DNA of 34,963 nucleotides from Ascoidea asiatica JCM 7603 (Eukaryota > Fungi > Ascomycota), in assembly GCA_001600695.1 (NCBI GenBank), contig BCKQ01000007.1, positions 530,625-565,587 on the forward strand, read 5' to 3'. This document shows positions 32,078 through 34,963 of this stretch, piece by piece. How positions within the stretch are numbered: position 1 is the stretch's first letter; each line of letters begins with the position of its first letter. A program made the position numbers and the translations under genes. The notes beneath the pieces are model-generated. The model ran no database searches. It had not been told where the DNA came from and saw nothing but the letters and a program-made list of their open reading frames with translations.

Positions 32078-32731
32078 ATTAATAGAATATAGAAGATAAA
32101 TTTAATTATTATTTGATTATTTAATTATTTAGATTATAATATATATTGTATATATACATATATTATTATGTATGAAAAGGATATTGGGTGTGGAAGTATT
32201 AAAATTTTTCTAAGTTTTTTTTATTTTCTTTAGGAAACTTTTTGAATAGATTAAATTTTTCGAGAAAGAATTGTAATAAATTAAAGAGAAAATCAATGGC
32301 TTTTATATTATTATGAATTGATTTGAATTGATATGAATTGTTGTAATTTTTTTGTAAATTGTAGTGGATTGTAGTGGGACTATGTGGATTGTGGTAACTT
32401 CGCTGAATAAGTAACTTAGGGGAAATATATATAAAAATTTGAATGAAAATTTGAATGAAAAAATATAAATTTAAAAATGAGATCTGGATTATAAATCTGA
32501 TGAAAGAAATTTGTTTATAGATTAAATATATAAAATACCAGCATCTTTACACATAAACTGTTAATGTAGATTTATTAAAGTAACGATTTTGGTTATGGTT
32601 ATTCAAAATAGCAAGCTCATAAATAAACTTTTAGAGAGCAAGCGATGAAAGTATATTTATAATTGTAGATTTTTCATAGAGCTTTTTTGAATTTTTCAAT
32701 CTGGAAAAAATGTGAAAAGCATAATATGATG

Positions 32732-32733
32732 AA

Positions 32734-32772
<39 letters not shown>

Positions 32773-32773
32773 A
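32732..32773 (+). repeat. (AATA)n microsatellite, about 10 copies
   Basis: Directly visible. Confidence 0.9.
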
Positions 32774-32970
32774 CAAATATAATGAATATAAATACAAAGG
32801 ATAAAGATGTAAATTAAAATGAAAACAAAAATAAATTTCAAGTCAAAGTTTTTATTTCGAGATATGTGAATAACCGAAATTCTGAATATTCTCTTCCAGA
32901 GTTCTTTTCAATAAGCGATAAGCGATGAGTCGAAACCAATTCGAGATTATCCACTTCAATTCACTTCAAA

Positions 32971-33032
32971 TTCAATTCAATTCAATTCAATTCAATATCT
33001 TTATCTTTATCTTTATCTTTATCATCATCATC
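32971..33032 (+). repeat. Compound microsatellite (TTCAA)5-(TATCTT)4-(ATC)4
   Basis: Directly visible. Confidence 0.8.
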
Positions 33033-33230
33033 ATAAGTCTCGATTTCAATTTCGATAATAAATCCAAACCCATACAGTCAACACATTCAGTCAACTAACA
33101 TTTCTACTTCTATCAGTATGTTCACTGCCTTCACCCTCAGTATTTTCATTCATTCCTTATCCACTGCCAGTCAATTCTCTTCCAGCAACAAACACAAAGA
33201 GCAGCAGAGGCGAGCAAGCCTTATTCCGGC

Positions 33231-33260
33231 GACTTCCGCTGACTTCCGCTGACTTCCGCT
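33231..33260 (+). repeat. Exact 10-bp tandem repeat (GACTTCCGCT)x3
   Basis: Three perfect copies, preceded by a degenerate one (TATTCCGGC). Confidence 0.9.
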
Positions 33261-33284
33261 GCTGGGTTTCAATTGAGATACGGC

Positions 33285-33328
33285 CACGTGATCACCGCTA
33301 AGTGAAAGAAAAAGCGAATACGCACGTG
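33285..33328. promoter_or_regulatory. Two CACGTG E-boxes (33285-33290 in Cbf1-type context, and 33323-33328)
   Basis: Exact motif matches between CAR1 and the tRNA gene. Confidence 0.45.
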
Positions 33329-33388
33329 TAACAGCCAACTAGTATGGTAACCTTAGATTCATCTTTATTTTTTAAAATTCAAGAAGTT

Positions 33389-33460
33389 GGCCGTGTGGTC
33401 TAGTGGTATGATTCCTGCTTTGGGTGCAGGAGGCCCTGGGTTCAATTCCCAGCTCGGCCC
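33389..33460 (+). tRNA. tRNA-Pro(UGG), intronless, 72 nt
   Basis: GGCCGTG/CTCGGCC acceptor stem, A-box TGGTCTAGTGG, anticodon arm CCTGC-TTTGGGT-GCAGG and B-box GGTTCAATTCC. Confidence 0.97.
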
Positions 33461-33473
33461 TTTTTTTTTTTTT
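33461..33473 (+). terminator. RNA polymerase III oligo-T terminator
   Basis: T13 directly after the tRNA discriminator base. Confidence 0.9.
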
Positions 33474-33678
33474 GTGTTTTTTTTATGCTTTACTGGTTAA
33501 TAATTTGTGATTTGTTTTAGGATTATTTCAAATTATTAATATCAAATTAACATTACAGATATTAATCATGAAAATAATAAAACTTCTATTCAATTTCATT
33601 CTATATAAACGTTACTTAGATGATTAATTGATTTTATTTACAACATGCAATATAAATTATAATTTATAAATTATAATT

Positions 33679-34149
33679 TCAAATTTTATCTTTTAAAAGT
33701 TGAATAAAATGATTTAAATCATCTTTATTTAAACTAATTTGATGTTTTTCTTTAAATATAAAATTTAATTTTTTAAAGTTATTTAAAATTTCAGTATCTG
33801 TAAAAATCTTAAATTTATCCATAATTGATAAATTATTTAAATTCATTAAGTTATTTTTATTAATTGAATGTTTCTCATTTAAAATATTAAAAATATTTTT
33901 AAATAATAATAATATTTCTTTATCATTTTTAATTATATTGGAAAATTCATTAAGTTTATTAATTGGTTTATTATTATTATCATTATTATTATTAGCTTCC
34001 TTGGAATTATTGGAATTGAATTTAATTGAATTTATTGAAAAATATCTATTTGATAAGTTATATCTCTGTTTATTATAATAAATTGATTTGAATATAACTT
34101 TTTTCAGAAGAAATTTGGTTTGCATTCCAACTAACCCAACAAACACCAT
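33679..34149 (-). CDS. Uncharacterised, probably mitochondrial, helical protein, 156 aa
   Basis: First ATG at 34149 (caaaATG). Basic, acid-free N-terminus ending in RYFS (R-3 cleavage-like), amphipathic helical C-domain, and Puf3-core TGTAAATA at 33642-33635 in the 3' UTR. Confidence 0.65.
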   Translation of the reverse strand: MVFVGLVGMQTKFLLKKVIFKSIYYNKQRYNLSNRYFSINSIKFNSNNSKEANNNNDNNNKPINKLNEFSNIIKNDKEILLLFKNIFNILNEKHSINKNNLMNLNNLSIMDKFKIFTDTEILNNFKKLNFIFKEKHQISLNKDDLNHFIQLLKDKI

Positions 34150-34633
34150 TTTGACTGGAAATATCAATATATTGTGATACAATTCAACTAATAGATAGAT
34201 TATTATATATTGTTACTTTTATATATATTTCTTATTTTATCTTGATTCAACTGATCACTTCAATGGAAATTATTCAAATATATTCATTCTCATTCTTACA
34301 AATTATCGAAATTAATTTCAGTATTTGCTCAATTTCGAATCACAAGAAAAAAGATAATCAAAACCACAGTTGTGGGACATGTATCCGTACGTATACTATT
34401 ACAGCTTAATACATGACCCAGAGATCTGGATTCTACAGCCATCTTCAATTGAAAATAACAAATTAAATTACACTACGATTACACTACGATTACATTACTA
34501 CAATTTACATTACTGAAATTATTATCTCATCGCTTTAATTTCCTAGCTTTTATCTCATAGCTTTCTTAATCAATTTTAAAATTTTTTTGAGCTTTTATTA
34601 ATTTTATCATCTATTTACTTACTTATTCACCAG

Positions 34634-34677
34634 TTATTAGATTATTAGATTATTAGATTATTAGATTATTAGATTAT
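34634..34677 (+). repeat. 8-bp tandem repeat (TTATTAGA), about 5.5 copies
   Basis: ttattagattattagattattagattattagattattagattat; an 11-bp repeat (TTACACTACGA x2) lies nearby at about 34468-34490. Confidence 0.85.
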
Positions 34678-34727
34678 TTGATTTATTTGAAATTTATTTA
34701 ATTGAAATTCGAAATATAAATATAATT

Positions 34728-34963
34728 TTAATGTAATTGAACACTACTATTTTTATTATTAACATTTATTTGACATCCACAAAATAATAAAAATGCAAGA
34801 TAAACTAAAGCTGTTGTCCATAATGTTTTTGCAACTCTTTAATAATAATAATATTAATAATTATAAAATTAATTTAATTTATATTAGTAAAAAATTATCC
34901 AATTGTAAAAATGTATTGATAATTAAGTGAAAAAAGTAAAAAAAAAAAAAAAAGAACTTACTC
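34728..34963 (-). CDS. 3' end of V-type ATPase V0 subunit f (RNASEK/YPR170W-B homologue), partial; last exon 34836-34728, upstream exon ends at 34962
   Basis: Spliced translation E-VAKTLWTTALVYLAFLLFCGCQINVNNKNSSVQLH* matches yeast YPR170W-B AVAHTVYLAALVYLVFFVFCGFQVYLARRKPSIELR. Absent from the ORF track. Confidence 0.88.
34837..34961 (-). other. Spliceosomal intron of the subunit f gene (125 nt)
   Basis: GTAAGT donor at 34961, TACTAAT branch candidate at 34889-34883 and AAG acceptor at 34839-34837. The phase-2 join gives GA|A = Glu in frame. Confidence 0.8.

Noticed and set aside
33231-33260. Tandem repeats as a CRISPR array or telomeric repeat
   Set aside because: Eukaryotic context, no spacers, only three copies and an internal location.
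1896-34963. Apparent vacuole/endosome gene cluster (VPS5, FAB1, ATG10, V-ATPase f)
   Set aside because: Interspersed with unrelated genes and no shared motif seen. Chance co-location is plausible without synteny data.

Overview
Very AT-rich eukaryotic genomic DNA from a budding yeast (Saccharomycotina, inferred from close similarity to S. cerevisiae proteins, GTATGT/GTAAGT introns and Puf3-type motifs). All family assignments come from motifs recognised by eye; no searches were run. Gene order: MRPL44 (2 exons), VPS5, HTD2, FAB1, an Asn-rich AAF1/ADF1-like regulator with ~6.3 kb of upstream non-coding DNA, a ~1420-aa nuclear protein, a tubby/LURP-like unknown, ATG10, MRPS18, arginase CAR1 (2 exons), an intronless tRNA-Pro(UGG), a small probable mitochondrial protein, and the 3' exon of V-ATPase subunit f (RNASEK/YPR170W-B homologue), which the ORF track misses. 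The standout is the 22980-27245 (-) gene. It appears to combine three tandem KilA-N/APSES domains, AT-hooks, a TFIIS-N/IBD-like helical bundle and about 8 SUMO-interaction-like motifs. A +1 frame change at an A11 run would add a hydrophobic C-terminal tail, reminiscent of Bqt4. Other notable points: CUG is probably not read as Leu, splice signals are relaxed (2 of 3 introns end in AAG), and the long intergenic region holds a hairpin-rich GC island and an orphan SCB/MCB cluster.
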